64,000 bases of DNA, taken from contig NW_027361937.1 of NCBI RefSeq assembly GCF_039654945.1, positions 9,610,001-9,674,000 on the forward strand, written 5' to 3'. Made by a program: the position numbers and the translations under genes. This document shows, in pieces, positions 10,767-23,494 of this stretch. Each line of letters starts with the position of its first letter. The stretch's first letter is position 1. The stretch is from Dendrobates tinctorius (Eukaryota). A model generated the notes under the pieces. The model saw only the letters and a list, made by a program, of their open reading frames with translations. It did no database searches and was not told where the DNA came from.

Positions 10767-12514
10767 GTAAGTACAGCAGCAGCCTGTTGTGTGATGTCAG
10801 TGTGTGTGTGTCACAAAGCACAACACAGAGTTGTGTGACCGGGGCTGATCGTCACCGAGGCCTCACTTGTATCTTGGGTATCTTACATTTTAAGAAAACC
10901 CAAATCTCACAAGACTTTTCGAAACCACTCCGCTACATCGTGACGAGTCTTCGCGAAGAGCCGCGTTTTATTCATTGTTGTCACTTATTATAGATGGCGG
11001 TGCGTGTGAATGTTAGTATGTACCTGGAACAGAAGTTTTCTCAAAGTGGCCATTAATTCAGATAATAAATAAGTCTGTAATGATAAAAGCGTTGGCTCTG
11101 ACCGAAGATCTGTTTAATTGATTGCGAACAAAACGTAGGCATTCCACACCGAGGACAATGCTGCATATTAAGGTGCAATTATTTGCTCCAGTATAAAGTT
11201 TGTCCCATTGTTCCGATAAAAAGGGAAGTCTCTTTTGTGCGGTAAGCTTTGGTTCTGATACAGCTGATCACGGCTGAATCTACTTTATATTAGATATGTG
11301 GCGTCCTCCGGCATTATCACTGTGACATGACATGAGTCAATTAGAAGTTCTGTTGAAGAGAGTCCAACATCTAGATGGAGTTGCAAGTGACTTTCCGCTC
11401 ACAAATTTCAGTTGTATTGGTGTTTTTGGACATGTCCTCTGTGCTTGATGGGCCGTGACAGACTTGGGGAGGGGGTGATTTGAGCTTGGCAGCTTTTGGG
11501 GCTGAATCCTACATGTGGGATTTGAATTTGATCTGTATAAAAACAGCAGCTGCAAAACTCTTTAAATGAGAGGAGCGTGAACTGAGCAACAGGCAGGATT
11601 TCAGGACTCTACTGTATCTTGTTAAACAGGCTCGGGCTAATCGCTTTTGCTTCAAAATGTAATTGTCACACTTTCCATTTTGGCTATGAGTTTCCATTCT
11701 TTTTAACCTTACAGAATGTGTAGATACAATTCTGTGTTTTTTTTTTGTTTTTTTTTACGCTTTACTTTTTCTTTTCTTTCATACCTTTTTTTTTTGTTTC
11801 CTCTTTAGCATTGCCACAGAATGGGATCCATGTGTTTCCATGACGTCGCTTCACCTTACCAAACATGATAAAATCCGCACTATTTGCTTATGGCGGAATA
11901 CGTCTAGTATCACACAGTAATTTAGCTATGATTCTGGTGTCTACAATTTAAGGGGTTTCTGTCATCTTTGTTCCTCAGGAGAGCTTTCCTCTGCCTCCCA
12001 TCGTCCTCTTTGCCAGGGGGTGGTGTTCTCCTGAAGATTGGCCATCATATTCCACCTCCAAACTGAACGTTTTCCCATTCTGGTAGCAGAGACAGATTTG
12101 ACTGTGTAGCATAGGAGAAGCACAGGTAGACTGAAGTTGGTTCCAGAGATCTAGCCACCTCAAAAGTCCCCATACACATTATACTAATGTGACCAGAAGC
12201 CACCGGTATTAGCCGGCTTGGAGAACAGTTTAATATGTATGAAGGCCTCCTGACTCTCTCCCAATCGATGCTGTCTAGGGATATAAGGATACGGCCTGTC
12301 TGATTTTGGACTGTCGTTCCTTTTGTTTTCGGAGAGATAACCTTCCATTACAAGAGTCTGGCAGCCGCTCTGTCATGGAGAACACAGGCGCATTTGGCAA
12401 AGCGTGTGCTTCTGTGTATGGAGGTGTTGGAGACGTTAGCTGCTGGCCAAACAATTAGCGGAACCATCGCTTGGCCAAACGGTCTCTTTTTTTTTTTTTA
12501 TGTGGCCCCTGTAA

Positions 12515-12891
12515 GGGTACCGTTACACTTAGCGATGCCCCAGCGATCCCGACAACGATATGGATCGCTGGTGCATCGCTAAGTGGTCGCTAGTGAGCTG
12601 CCACACAGGCAGATCTCACCAGCGACATAGCAGCGGTCGTGGGTCGCTACTTACCTGTCAGACGAGGCGATCCTGATGTCCTCCCGCCCATGTCCACGTG
12701 TCGCTCGTCGGCGCCACAGGAAGCCCAGCAGGAAGCGCCTGACGAGAAATGGTCCAGGACGTTCTCGCGCAACCAGCGATAACCAGCGGGGGAGCCGGTC
12801 GGAGGTAAGTATCAGACATAGCGATATCGCTAGCAATATCGCTATAATATCGCTATGATTGCTAGCGATATCGCTATGTGTAATGGGGGCT
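12515..12891. mobile_element. Harbinger MITE, AGCGAT family
   Basis: TAA|GGGTACCGTTACAC...GTGTAATGGGGGCT|TAA. Confidence 0.85.
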
Positions 12892-13554
12892 TAAGGTAAC
12901 TGGGTGCCCTACACTACGAGCTGTACACAATAAAATTATAGATCTCTACATTCGTGAAAACTGAGATGAGTTTTAATAAGAGGTAAATTGCTGAGTTGGT
13001 TGTTTTTTTAAGCACTGTATAATTTTCTCATTGAAAATGAGACAACATTTTGAATTCATGTTCACACATCCATTTTTAAGCCTTGGACCCTTGGATTTCT
13101 GCCTCAGATTTGCTGCAGATCTGATGTTGTGCTTGCAACTTAGCTGTACAAGGAATAGCTCACTTGTCATTTAATGAGGCTAAATTAGGTGAAAATGCTA
13201 TTCAAAGCACTGGCTCGTGCACAGTTCTGTCTGAGGGTCCCATCCACTTCCCAAAATACACATGCATGCTAGAAAAACTCCTATAGCGACGGACAGAAGG
13301 ATTCAACTTCTTGATCCTTATGTCTTCGGATAACTGCCATTGGTGGAGAGTTGGGAGGCCTCCATATTCATTACATGAGGGGCTGACCTTACCAAAATCA
13401 CTGGGTTCAGGTACTATACTGTACATTTAATGTGTATGACTACCATAATTCTCAGTGTTTCCTAGTCATTTGCATAGTAAGAAATTTGATACGGAATCCT
13501 TGCCAAAACAAGGTAAATCCCCCTCCATTCTGGTATTCCTGTTGTTCCTTGTTA

Positions 13555-13849
13555 GGGTATGTGCACACGTTGCAGATTTGTCTGTGGATCCGCAGCAGTT
13601 TTCCATGGGATGTACAGTACCATGATATCCTATGGAAAACAAAAACCGCTGTGCACATGCTGCGGAAAATTCTGTGTGGAAACACAGCGGTTTATTTTCC
13701 GCAGCATGTCAATTCTTTGTGCGGATTCCGCAGCGTTGTTACACCTATTCCATTCTAGGAATCCACAGGTGTAAAAAGGCATGCCAAATCCGCAGATTGC
13801 GGATTCTGCAGATTCCACGCGAAAAAATCCACAACGTGTGCACATACCC
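13555..13849. mobile_element. Harbinger MITE, CCGCA/TGCGG family
   Basis: Perfect TIR GGGTATGTGCACACGTTG; flanks TTA/TAA. Confidence 0.85.
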
Positions 13850-15690
13850 TAAATTCTCCTGCAATAATGACATACCATCTATGTGTACCTGATCATTGGT
13901 GGTGATACTTGCAGGTCGCTAGTGACATTAGCTGCATCGATCAGATGTGTATAATCGGTATAGGTTGGCATAGTCATTACAGGACAATTAACAAAGTCCA
14001 AAAGTTATTTTATCAGTGTTTCACATTCCCTGCTTTAAAAGATTTTCTGGGCTCAGAAGAAATTTCTGCAGTCAGTCTATGTGACTACATATTGCCAAAC
14101 CGTGCACAGTGTCAAGATTCCCCTCTACTTCCAGTGAGAGTGAGTAGTCTCATAACTGCATTATTGTATTCAAAGAAGCAGATGAGAATCTAGTCGGCAT
14201 GTGATCACAATCACATATTTATGGTCACACTGCTGCCCACACGCGCTGAAGCATTGGGAAATCCTGACAGTGTGCACTGTCACAATGTGGCAATCTGCAG
14301 TGACATAGATTAACTGTAGAGATTTCTCTTAAGCCCAAAAAACCCTTTAAGTCTATTTTAAAAAAAAAATTTTTAACAGCCCATTAAATTGATCAAAATT
14401 AATGCTGTGCAAAATCAGCACTAGTGTCCTATCATTGCAACGTTAGATCAAAATATAGTCCCCTTATTCTAATGTCAGCTCCTACAGTCTGTGAATGTTT
14501 TGTTTTATTTTTTTGCATATGTCTCATCCAAATGAATAGGATACTAAGGCCCCCCCATACACATTAAGGTCAGCATTTCCCACTGATATTGGCAAGATTA
14601 CCATAGTTAACCCAAACAGATGATGCCAAGGGAAAAAAGGATTGGCAGGTTGACCTCAAATGCAGGATCCTTTTGTTTCCGCAGGAGATAAGCTGCTGCC
14701 AGAAAGCTGTGGAGCATATGTCCCACTGCTATCTACGGTGAATTAGCCCCTTATATGCTCAATGTAACCATGTCATTCAATTCAAAGAAGCTTTATTGGC
14801 AGGACCAAATAAACATTAGTTTTGCCAAAGTATGTGTACAGTAGGGAATAAGGAGTAGGAAATGTGGGGATAATGGGTGTGGACTGTAGGAACAATGGAT
14901 GGGGCACAGACTAAGGAAGTCCATGGCATATCATGGTTGTCTTTCTCGCAGCCTATTACTCACTCACATACCGCACTGCTATCTCCACTGCTTTCTCTTC
15001 TTCCCCCCAGCAGGATATATGTTTTCTCTTCCTCCTTCACGGAGCTGAAATCCGGAAAGAGATCGGATAGCCTCCTGAGGTGAGTGTCCCTCACTGCTGA
15101 GTATTTGTTGCAGTGTAGCAGGAAGTGGGTCTCATCCTTGAGGGCCTCCAGGTCACCGTGTGGGCACAGTCTGTTCTCCCGGGGCTTGTAACTCTCTGTG
15201 CAGGCCAACCTCGATGGCCAGACTGTGGACACTGAGTCTATACCGGCTCAGGATCTGTTGGTCTCTGGGGTCCGAGAATTTCTCCAGATATGGAGCCATT
15301 CTGTAGTGTCTCTGTAGACTCTGGTACATGGTCAGTTTCTGAGAGCTGCTGATCTCGGTCTTCCAGTCACTGACGTACCTCTCCTGCCCGTTGTCTACTA
15401 TCTTCCTGATTCTGGCTTTTGTCAGGTTGCTTTGGATGATGGTTCGGTCAGGTTGGGTTTGGGTGAGCTGTTCCAGGGGTCCTGGTTTGTGGGGACCACC
15501 TATGTGTAGCATGGATTTATGGTGATGGGAGCTTGGGTTGCTACTCTGAAGGTGAGCCTGAAAGGACAGCACCCTCTTCAGGACCGCTAGGTGCAATGGG
15601 AATCTGCCCAGCTCAGCCCGGCAGGCATTGTTGGTGGTGCTCCAATGGACCTGGAGAAGATGTTTACAGAATTCCAGGTGGAATATTTCT

Positions 15691-16178
15691 TTTGAAGACC
15701 AAAAAAGACTACTTAAAAAAACCTCTTAGAATAATCACTGTTAAATATATTCAATTTTATTTACTTGTATAGACACCAACAAGAATTTTTTAAAAACATA
15801 ACAATAAGAAAACATAAGATAAAAAACTAGAGGTAGCAGGTCAGCATACACAGTAGGAAATATATGGGGTTATAATCCCAAAAGCATGATGTATCAGGGA
15901 TATGGAAGGCAGAACAGAAACAGTTGTTTAATTAAAAGTGCAGTGCATATGTGCATATTATTCAATTTAAGTCTGCTATGCCCATCATTCCAGAAACTCA
16001 TATTATATGTAATCCATTACATAGAAATCAGGAGTAAAACATCATGATCAGTAAAGAAACATAAATTGCACAGTGCAAATTTCATCCTGAAAGTGACTTA
16101 ACCATCAAAGTGAAGAGTTCAGTGAACTACTGACCTGAATTCATACTGTGCATGCGGGCGCTGCCACCTCACACTCCA
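15691..16178. mobile_element. AT-rich insertion in the LINE, probably a truncated retroelement
   Basis: Interrupts WDSSPTE|IFHLEFCK; flanked by 11-bp near-direct repeat GGAATATTTCT/GGAATACTTCT. Confidence 0.5.
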
Positions 16179-16377
16179 GGAATACTTCTGTTGGACTGGA
16201 ATCCCACTTTTTTCAGGTTTTCTTGGAGACCTTTCTCAGTTGGTGACAGCAGCAGTAGGTCATCTGCATACAGCAAAAATTTCACCTAGGAGTCATGGAG
16301 TGTGAGACCTGGTGCTGTGGAAGATTCCAAAGCGGTGGCCAGCTCATTGATGTAAATATTGAAGAGCGTTGGACTTA

Positions 16378-16752
16378 AGGCCCTTTTACATTTAGCGATG
16401 CACCAGCGATCCCGACCACGATATGACTCGGTCAGGATTGCTGGTGCATCGCTAAATGATCGCTAGTGAGCTGCCAAACAGGCAGACTCACCAGCGATGC
16501 AGCAGCGATATAGCAGACGATATTTACCTTTCAGACGCGGCGTTGAAGACGTCCTCCCGCCCGCCACCACGCGTCGCTCGTCGGCGCCAGCTGTAAGCCC
16601 AGCAGGAAGCGCCCGACGAGAAATGGAGCTGCGCGATCAGCGATGGACAGCGGGGGAGCCGGTCGGAGGTAAGTATCACACATAGCGATATCGCTATAAC
16701 GTCACAAAATCGGTGATATTGCTAGCGATATCGCTATGTGTAAAAACCCCCT
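16378..16752. mobile_element. Harbinger MITE, AGCGAT family, inserted in the LINE RT QGCTLSP motif
   Basis: TTA TSD; removal restores CAG GGC TGC ACC CTA AGT CCA on minus. Confidence 0.85.
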
Positions 16753-19119
16753 TTAGGGTGCAGCCCTGTCTTGTTCTGCTGGAAATCAGCCATTCTTCTA
16801 CCATTCACACTCACGCTGAAGCAGTTCTCGGTGTAGGAGCTTTTGATGACATCATAGGTCTTTCCTCCTATTCCGCTCTCCAGAAGTTTCCGTAACAGGT
16901 TCGGGTGCTACGCCGAGCCAATAGCCTTTCTAAAATTCACAAAACAAGCGTACATTTTCCCATGCTTTGTGTTGTAGACGTGACTCTTAATGAGGCTGTG
17001 TAGGCTGTAGATGTGGTCGGTAGTGCGGTGGCTTGGCATGAACCCTGCTCGACTTTTGCTGAGGATGTTATGCTCGGTGAGGAAATTAAGGATCTTTTTG
17101 TTCAGGAAGCTGTTGAACAGTCTACCCAGGTTACTGCTGACACATATTCCTCTGTAGTTGACAGGGTCGTATCTGTCCTCACTCTTGTGAATGGGTGAGA
17201 TGAGGCCTTGATTCCAGGTACAAGGGAGGTAGCCAGTACTCAGCGCAATATTGAACAGTTTAATTGCTGCCTGTATTTCCGGTGAGCTGTATTTCAGCAT
17301 TTCTGGTGGGATTCCATCCGGGTCACTGGCTTTTCTATAACTTATGGAAGAGATTCTCTCTCTGTAACTTCCTGTAGTGTGATTTGTGTACCCAGTGGGT
17401 TTTGGAAATGTTTGACTTTTTTTCCTCCATTGCTTTTAGTTTTTCCGTTATGTTTTTCTGTTCTTGGTTTAGTTCTTCCTTCGGGATGTCTTTGTAGATG
17501 TCTCTGAAGTACTGAAGCCAGATATTGCCATTTTGGATATGGATGTTGTTTTTCTCGCTTTTTGTGCCCATGTGGTACGACAGTTCCCAGAAGGAGTTGT
17601 CTTGGAGGGCGTCTTGGAGTTGGTTAAGTTTGGTGATGTAACTGCTTCTTGCTCTTGAGAATGGTTATGTATTGCCATTGTATGGTTTCGTAGGCATCCC
17701 TCAGACCCGGATGATTGGGGTCTCTGTGTTTCCTGTTTGAGGCTGTTCTCCGGGTCTTCCGTACGGCTTTACATTCTCTGTCAAACCAACCATTGGTCTG
17801 TTTTTCTTTTGGCCTTTTATAGTTGACTTTTTTAAGGTTGGACAATTCGGCCATGGTGTAGAAGAATATATCATTGAGGTCTTTTGTAGCTTGGTTCACT
17901 CCTTCTGGGTTAGGCTTGTAGTTGTAGAAGTGGTGGAGCATCTCCTGTGTTCTGGGTCTGCTGAGAGACTCTTGATATTTTATTGCTGACGTCTTGGACC
18001 ATTTATAGGATGGAGGCAGGTTGAAGAGGACGCTCTGCTGAGGCTTTTGTGCCAATGGTTTCTTTGTAGATTTCATGTATAGGAGAAGTTGGCTGTGATC
18101 TGACAGGTGCGTGTGTGGGGTGACTATGAAGCCGCCGATATTTACCATGTCCATATCTGTAATAGCGTAGTCTACTACACTCCTTCCTACATGGGAGTTT
18201 AATGTATATCTTCATAGGGAGTCTCTCTTGGTACTGTCATTAAGGATATCCAGTCCTAAACTTCTACATAGGTTCAGGATCTTTTTGCCACTTTTGTTGA
18301 CTATAGTGTCGTAGCTGTTTCTCTCCTTGTGTACTGAGTCATGGCCGTCAGTCTCTGCTCCAAATATGTAGATGTTTCCATCCGTGGTCAGAAAGTCTTT
18401 TTCTCTCCCAGTTCTTGCGTTGAGGCCTCCAAAGATGAGAACTTTGCCCAGGGCCTGATAATGGGCGGCTTCTCCTTGTAAGATCTCAAAGCTCTCTGGA
18501 TTGAAGTAGGGTGACTCTGGTGGTGGTATATAGGTGGCACGGACATAGACATCAGACTGAGTGATGAGGATGGAGCTGCTGATTCTAAACCATATGTGAC
18601 TGACTCCTCTCTTCATCGTTTTGATGTACTGGTTGAGTTCTTCTTTATGCCAGATCAATATTCCTCCTGAGCAGCTGCCCTGTTTAATGTTTTTATTTTT
18701 CAGGGCAGGGACACAGATTTCCCTGTATCCGATGGGCACCAGGGATTCGCTTTTCGCCCTGGTCCATGATTCTAGGAGAATCTGAATGTCTATGTTTTTC
18801 AGTCTTTGTATACAATCTGGGTCATTTGTTTTACAACCAAAGGCCGAGGTGTTCAGGCCTTGGATGTTCCAGCTGCTAATTTAAGTGAAGTCATTTTTCT
18901 ATGTCACTTGTGTGTGTATACCTTGTAATGAGTGTCGCTGTGTAGGACACACCGGATCTCTGGCTGTTCTATTAATGATGTTGGTTCCATCCAGTCACAT
19001 TAGTTTCCTGCACAATGTGTTGTGCATTCTTCACATGTATGCTAAAAGATTGACTTTTTGGTTAAGATACTATGTTAGTATCCCACAATTGTGACTCCTC
19101 TCAGTTATTCTTTTTTAAT

Positions 19120-19278
19120 ACAGTTGCAAAAATTTCTACATTTCTGTTTTTTTCAGTCAAGATGGGGTGCAGAGTGTACATTGAGAAAGAAAATGAACTT
19201 TTTTGAATTTACCAAATGGCTGCAATGAAACAAAGAGTGGAAAATTTAAAGGGGTCTGAATACTTTCCATACCCACTG
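19120..19278. mobile_element. Tc1-like terminal (IR/DR) fragment
   Basis: Ends GGGGTCTGAATACTTTCCATACCCACTG|TA, typical Tc1 CAGTG terminus with TA. Confidence 0.65.
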
Positions 19279-19369
19279 TATATAGTCTGCAAGAGTCATT
19301 TATGGACATAGCAGTCTGTTGGCCTATACATTTACCTATGTCCAGCAGACTGGTTCACATTGTCCTACT

Positions 19370-19540
19370 CAGTGGAGGACACAGACGGAAGAGGGCCCCT
19401 ATGCAAGAACATTACATAGGGCCCTATTAGTGTCTGTAGTGTCAACAGAACCTGCTTGCTGATTTTGATGGTAGAAGTGGACCCCTTATCTCTTGGGCTC
19501 CTGTGCAGCAGCACACGTTGCAACAACATGTCTGCCCCTG
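19370..19540. mobile_element. hAT-type MITE
   Basis: CAGTGGAGGACA...TGTCTGCCCCTG; 8-bp TSD GTCCTACT/GTCCCACT. Confidence 0.7.
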
Positions 19541-20623
19541 GTCCCACTAATTATACTCAGGACACAAATGTAAACCTAGCCCTAATAAAGAATTTTAGAT
19601 GTTTGTTTATCACATCTCCATTGACAAATTTATGTGGCGTACCATGTTTAATGTCCATAGAGGCAGCACCACAAACCAGCTACCTGGTGGATTTTCAAGT
19701 CTCTCTGATAGAATTGATATTTTGATGATGCATCTTGTGACCAGATGTTCCCTTTTGCTTTATGAATGGCCCCTTAAGCAATGTTTCAGTGTGTATCAGG
19801 GTTCATGTGACAGGAAATGATTGGTAACAGTATCTGTGCCCCCAGCCTAGCGTTACATGGGCAACATTGTCTAATCTGTCTGACACCCTCCAATGGATTT
19901 TCTTATGTCTAACCATGCTGACATGCAGCCAGATGTGACATTTGCTGTTTGAGGAGTTTTGGCCTTGACTCTTCCAGTAGGCCATGTTTTTAAGTCACTT
20001 CATTGCAAAATATAGTATGAGCTTTTTTTGGGGGGTCAACCCATGGTTGAAGCAGTTGGTATACTTCTCTGTTATTGTGATTATTTTATGTACTTTCAGA
20101 CAATATATAATAAAACCTCTCTAAAAGACCATACCCCCTTAGCATTACCAGATTTCCTGTGGCGGATTTGAAGTGCCACCATATATGATCCATAACGACC
20201 GCCTTCTTTGAGAAGACTTCCGCCCTAGAAGACCACCTTTTAATGCAGCTTTACCTGGTTGCTGTATGTATTTTCCATAGTGCACAGGAAGGAGAGGTGG
20301 CGGAGGTTGAGTAACCTTTTAGGCAATATCAAATATGGTGGTATATTGCATAAACTTACATCTGCAGTGTCTCTTCAGCATGGGCACATTTTACGTTGAA
20401 AAATTTTAGATTTTTTTATTTGACGAGTTGTGCAGACATATCATTAAATCGTGGTCTTATTAATATATGTACAGAAGAGACCACAACCACATCATGAGGG
20501 ATAGCATCGTATTTCTTGTTAGGATTGCTCGCGTTCTGTAGATGTCTGCTTTATATCGGAGGTGAATAACACAAAAATGAATTATCTTGAAATTTGTCTG
20601 ATTAGGACAACATCGTTGTGTAA

Positions 20624-21002
20624 AGGTACTGTCACACTTAGCGATGCACCAGCGATATGACGCGGTCAGGATCGCTAGTGCATCGCTAAAGCGGTCGCTA
20701 GTGAGCTGCCACACAGGCAGATCTCACCAGCGACATCGCAGGGGTCAGGGGTCGCTACTTACCTGTCACACCAGGCGATCCTGCGTCCTCCCGCCCGGCT
20801 CCACGCTCGTCTCTCCACAGGAAGCGCCGCAGGAAGCTGACGACGAGAAGCGGTCCTGAACATTCTCGCGTGATCAGCGATAACCAGCGGGGGAGCGGGT
20901 CGTAGGTAAGTATCAGACACAGCGATATCGCTAGCAATATTGCTATAACGTCACAAGTTATAGCGATATTGCTAGCGATATCGCTTAGTGTGACAGGCCC
21001 CT
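20624..21002. mobile_element. Harbinger MITE, AGCGAT family
   Basis: AGGTACTGTCACACTTAGCG...CTTAGTGTGACAGGCCCCT; TWA flanks. Confidence 0.85.
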
Positions 21003-21689
21003 TTAGTGAATGAGAAACAACTGATTTGACCCTGATACCAAGTACTAGGTGCTGTCTGTCTCTTCTGCAGAATTCCTGGGGCCGTATTATTCATATTCCA
21101 GCATGCCAAGTCTTGTCTGCTACGTACGCCTCTCCTGTCCTGTGTGCTTTTGTCTGCAACGTTGCTTATGAACTATGAGCGCTCGACTAACCATAAATAT
21201 ATGTCATGAATAGAAGGACTTGAGTCTTTGTCGCTCCACCTGTGTTTGATATTCACCTTTTTCAATTCTGTGTTCAAAGAACTATGGGCAAGACCCGGAA
21301 ATGGCCTAGCCCCTAATATAACTGCATTGACCCTCTTACTTAGGTATACAATATATTTGGCGTTATTGTCCTACTCAGCGACTGTTGATGTGAAAACTCA
21401 TATATCAGCATGGCGAAATGTCTGAGTGGTTGAATAGGTTTTGTCGGTGGACACAATGGTCTGATTGCCCCTGTGTGACAATGGGATCACTCTTACATCT
21501 AGTAGAAGTGGTTATTTATGGTTGAAGTTTTTCATCATTGTTTTTTTTTTTTTTGCCTAGTATGGACAATTCACATGCAAGCATTCATTTCTGTATTATA
21601 GCCTCTTGTTACTGAAGCATTTCAGTCCTGCATTTAGAATAGTCAAGTCTCATCAGACAGACCTGAGACGATATTGATACTATATGTTC

Positions 21690-21850
21690 TAGATAGAATG
21701 TAAGTCCGCAAGGACAGGGTCCTCTCCCCTCTGTACCAGTCCGTCATTGTAAATTTGTTTACTGTTAACAATATCTATTACTTTGTATGTAACCCCTTCT
21801 CATGTACAGCACCATGGAATTAATGGCGCTATATAAATAAATAATAATAT
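21690..21850 (+). mobile_element. L2 / L2-tailed SINE 3' end
   Basis: TAGAATGTAAG..CAGGG..GCGCTATATAAATAAATAATAAT tail, shared with 59080-59353 and the L2 at 23495. Confidence 0.65.
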
Positions 21851-21993
21851 TAATCTAATTTTATAAGTGGAAGCCTAATGTGCTCATAACCCTTCTTGTC
21901 ATATTTTATGTGTAAGTCAATTGAATTAAAGGAGTGGTCTGAAATACGAATAAATTTTCATCGTAAATCCCTTTTCAATGCCATAATCTTTAA

Positions 21994-22873
21994 GGCTATG
22001 TTCACACGTAGTGGAACTCTCGCGGAAATTACCGCAAGAATTCCGAATTCCATTCCGCGGGAATATCACATTTTAAATTCCCACGATTTTCCCGCAGTAA
22101 AACTAGCATTTTGCAAGTGTAATTAGCTTGCAGAATTGCTAGCGTTTTCCAAGCGATCTGTAGCATCGCTTGGAGAACTGATTGACAGGTTGGTCACACT
22201 CGTCAAACATAGTGTTTGACGAGTGTGACCAACTTTTTACTATTGAGGCTGCCTATGCGGCATCAATAGTATAAGATAGGATGTAAAAAATAATAATAAT
22301 AAAAAAAATATTGTTAATCTTACCTTCCGGCGTCACGTGCAGCCTTCCCGCCTCTCTCCACGCTCCCGTTCCCAGTAATCCTTTTGCGAGAATTACCGCG
22401 ATGACGTCCGTTCTCGCGGTCATTCGCGATGACCACGAAACTTCGTGATCCCGCGAGAACGGACGTCATCGCTCGCAAAGGATTACTGGGACCGGGAGCG
22501 TGAAGAGAGGCGGGATGCCGGAAGGTGAGAATAACATTATTTTTTATTTTAAATTCTATTTTTTACAGGGATATGGTACCCAAAGCCCGGAGGACAGTCT
22601 CCTCTCCTCCGCACCGTGGGTACCATCCACAAATGTTCTGCTTACTTTTCGCATGGTGTGCACAGCCACATGCGGAAAGTAAGCAGAACAATGCATTCCT
22701 ATGGGTGCGGGATCGCCACGATTCCGCTAAATTAATGAGCATGCTGCGTTTTTAACCGCGAAGCGATTCTGCTGCGGTAAAAACCGCAGCATTAGCACAG
22801 CATTGCGGAATCCCATAGGAATGCATGGGATGCTTATTTTTCGCGGTTAAAAACGCCACATGTGAACATAGCC
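21994..22873. mobile_element. 880-bp non-autonomous Harbinger element with nested internal hairpins
   Basis: TAA|GGCTATGTTCACA...TGTGAACATAGCC|TAA; internal palindromes at 22188-22233 and ~22300-22545. Confidence 0.85.
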
Positions 22874-23029
22874 TAACTGTTTTCTAATATAGTTTAATTC
22901 AAAATTCCATATCCTTCCCTCACCACACTATGAAAATGGTTTCCCTTTTTCTTCCTACCTCCTTTTAGATGACTCTTTGTTTGAAAATCCCAGTGCATGT
23001 TGGGATACTTAAAAGAAGCGTCATCAGGG

Positions 23030-23492
23030 AACAGAGGTGGCACCACATTTTAAAAAAAAACATTGAAAACAAGGAGCAAGTTCAGAGAAGATCTACCAGG
23101 ATGGTGAGAGGACTGCAAAGTATGTCCTGTGAGGAACAGCTAATGGATCTGGGAATGTTTAGTTTGCAAAAGAAGAATGCTAAGAGGAGCCTAGCTGTCT
23201 ACAAATATCTGAAGGGATGTCAGTGTAGAGCAGTGTTCCCCAACTCCGGTCCTCAAGAGCCACCAACAGGTCATGTTTTCAGCATTTCCTCAGTTTTGCG
23301 CAGGTGTTTGAATTCTTGCCTGTCTAGGTGATGCAATTATCACCTGTGCAATACTAAGGAAATCCTGAAAACATGACCTGTTGGTGGATCTTGAGGACTG
23401 GAGTTGGGGAACACTGGTGTTGAGGGATCATCATTATTCTCATTACACATTGAAACACGATAAGCAACAATGGAATGAAATTAAAAGGGACA
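23030..23492 (+). mobile_element. CR1 LINE 3' fragment
   Basis: KKNIENKEQVQRRSTRMVRGL...LGMFSLQKK...YKYLKG matches the CR1 ORF2 C-terminus; interrupted by a hAT MITE and an L2. Confidence 0.75.
23231..23416. mobile_element. hAT (Charlie-type) palindromic MITE
   Basis: TIR CAGTGTTCCCCAACTCC; 8-bp TSD GTGTAGAG/GTGTTGAG. Confidence 0.85.
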
Positions 23493-23494
23493 CG

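Larger units (their letters stand above)
14775..18890 (-). mobile_element. Degenerate non-LTR retrotransposon (APE endonuclease + RT + C-terminal CCHC), RTE-X-like
   Basis: Minus-strand fragments: SSWNIQGL, SGGILIW, YIPP, GGLNARTG (APE); NYRGICV, GFMPSHRTTDHIYSL, YACFVNFRKA, QGCTLSPTLF, LYADD (RT); RENRLC..EDE-like..HFLLHC (zinc knuckle). AATAAA and TTGAA tail near 14780-14800; many frameshifts and an internal deletion. Confidence 0.8.

Noticed and set aside
11500-11720. Possible alternative promoter or enhancer in repeat-free intronic blocks (also ~25070-25210 and ~28300-28460)
   Set aside because: Only short generic motifs; cannot be supported without conservation or chromatin data.
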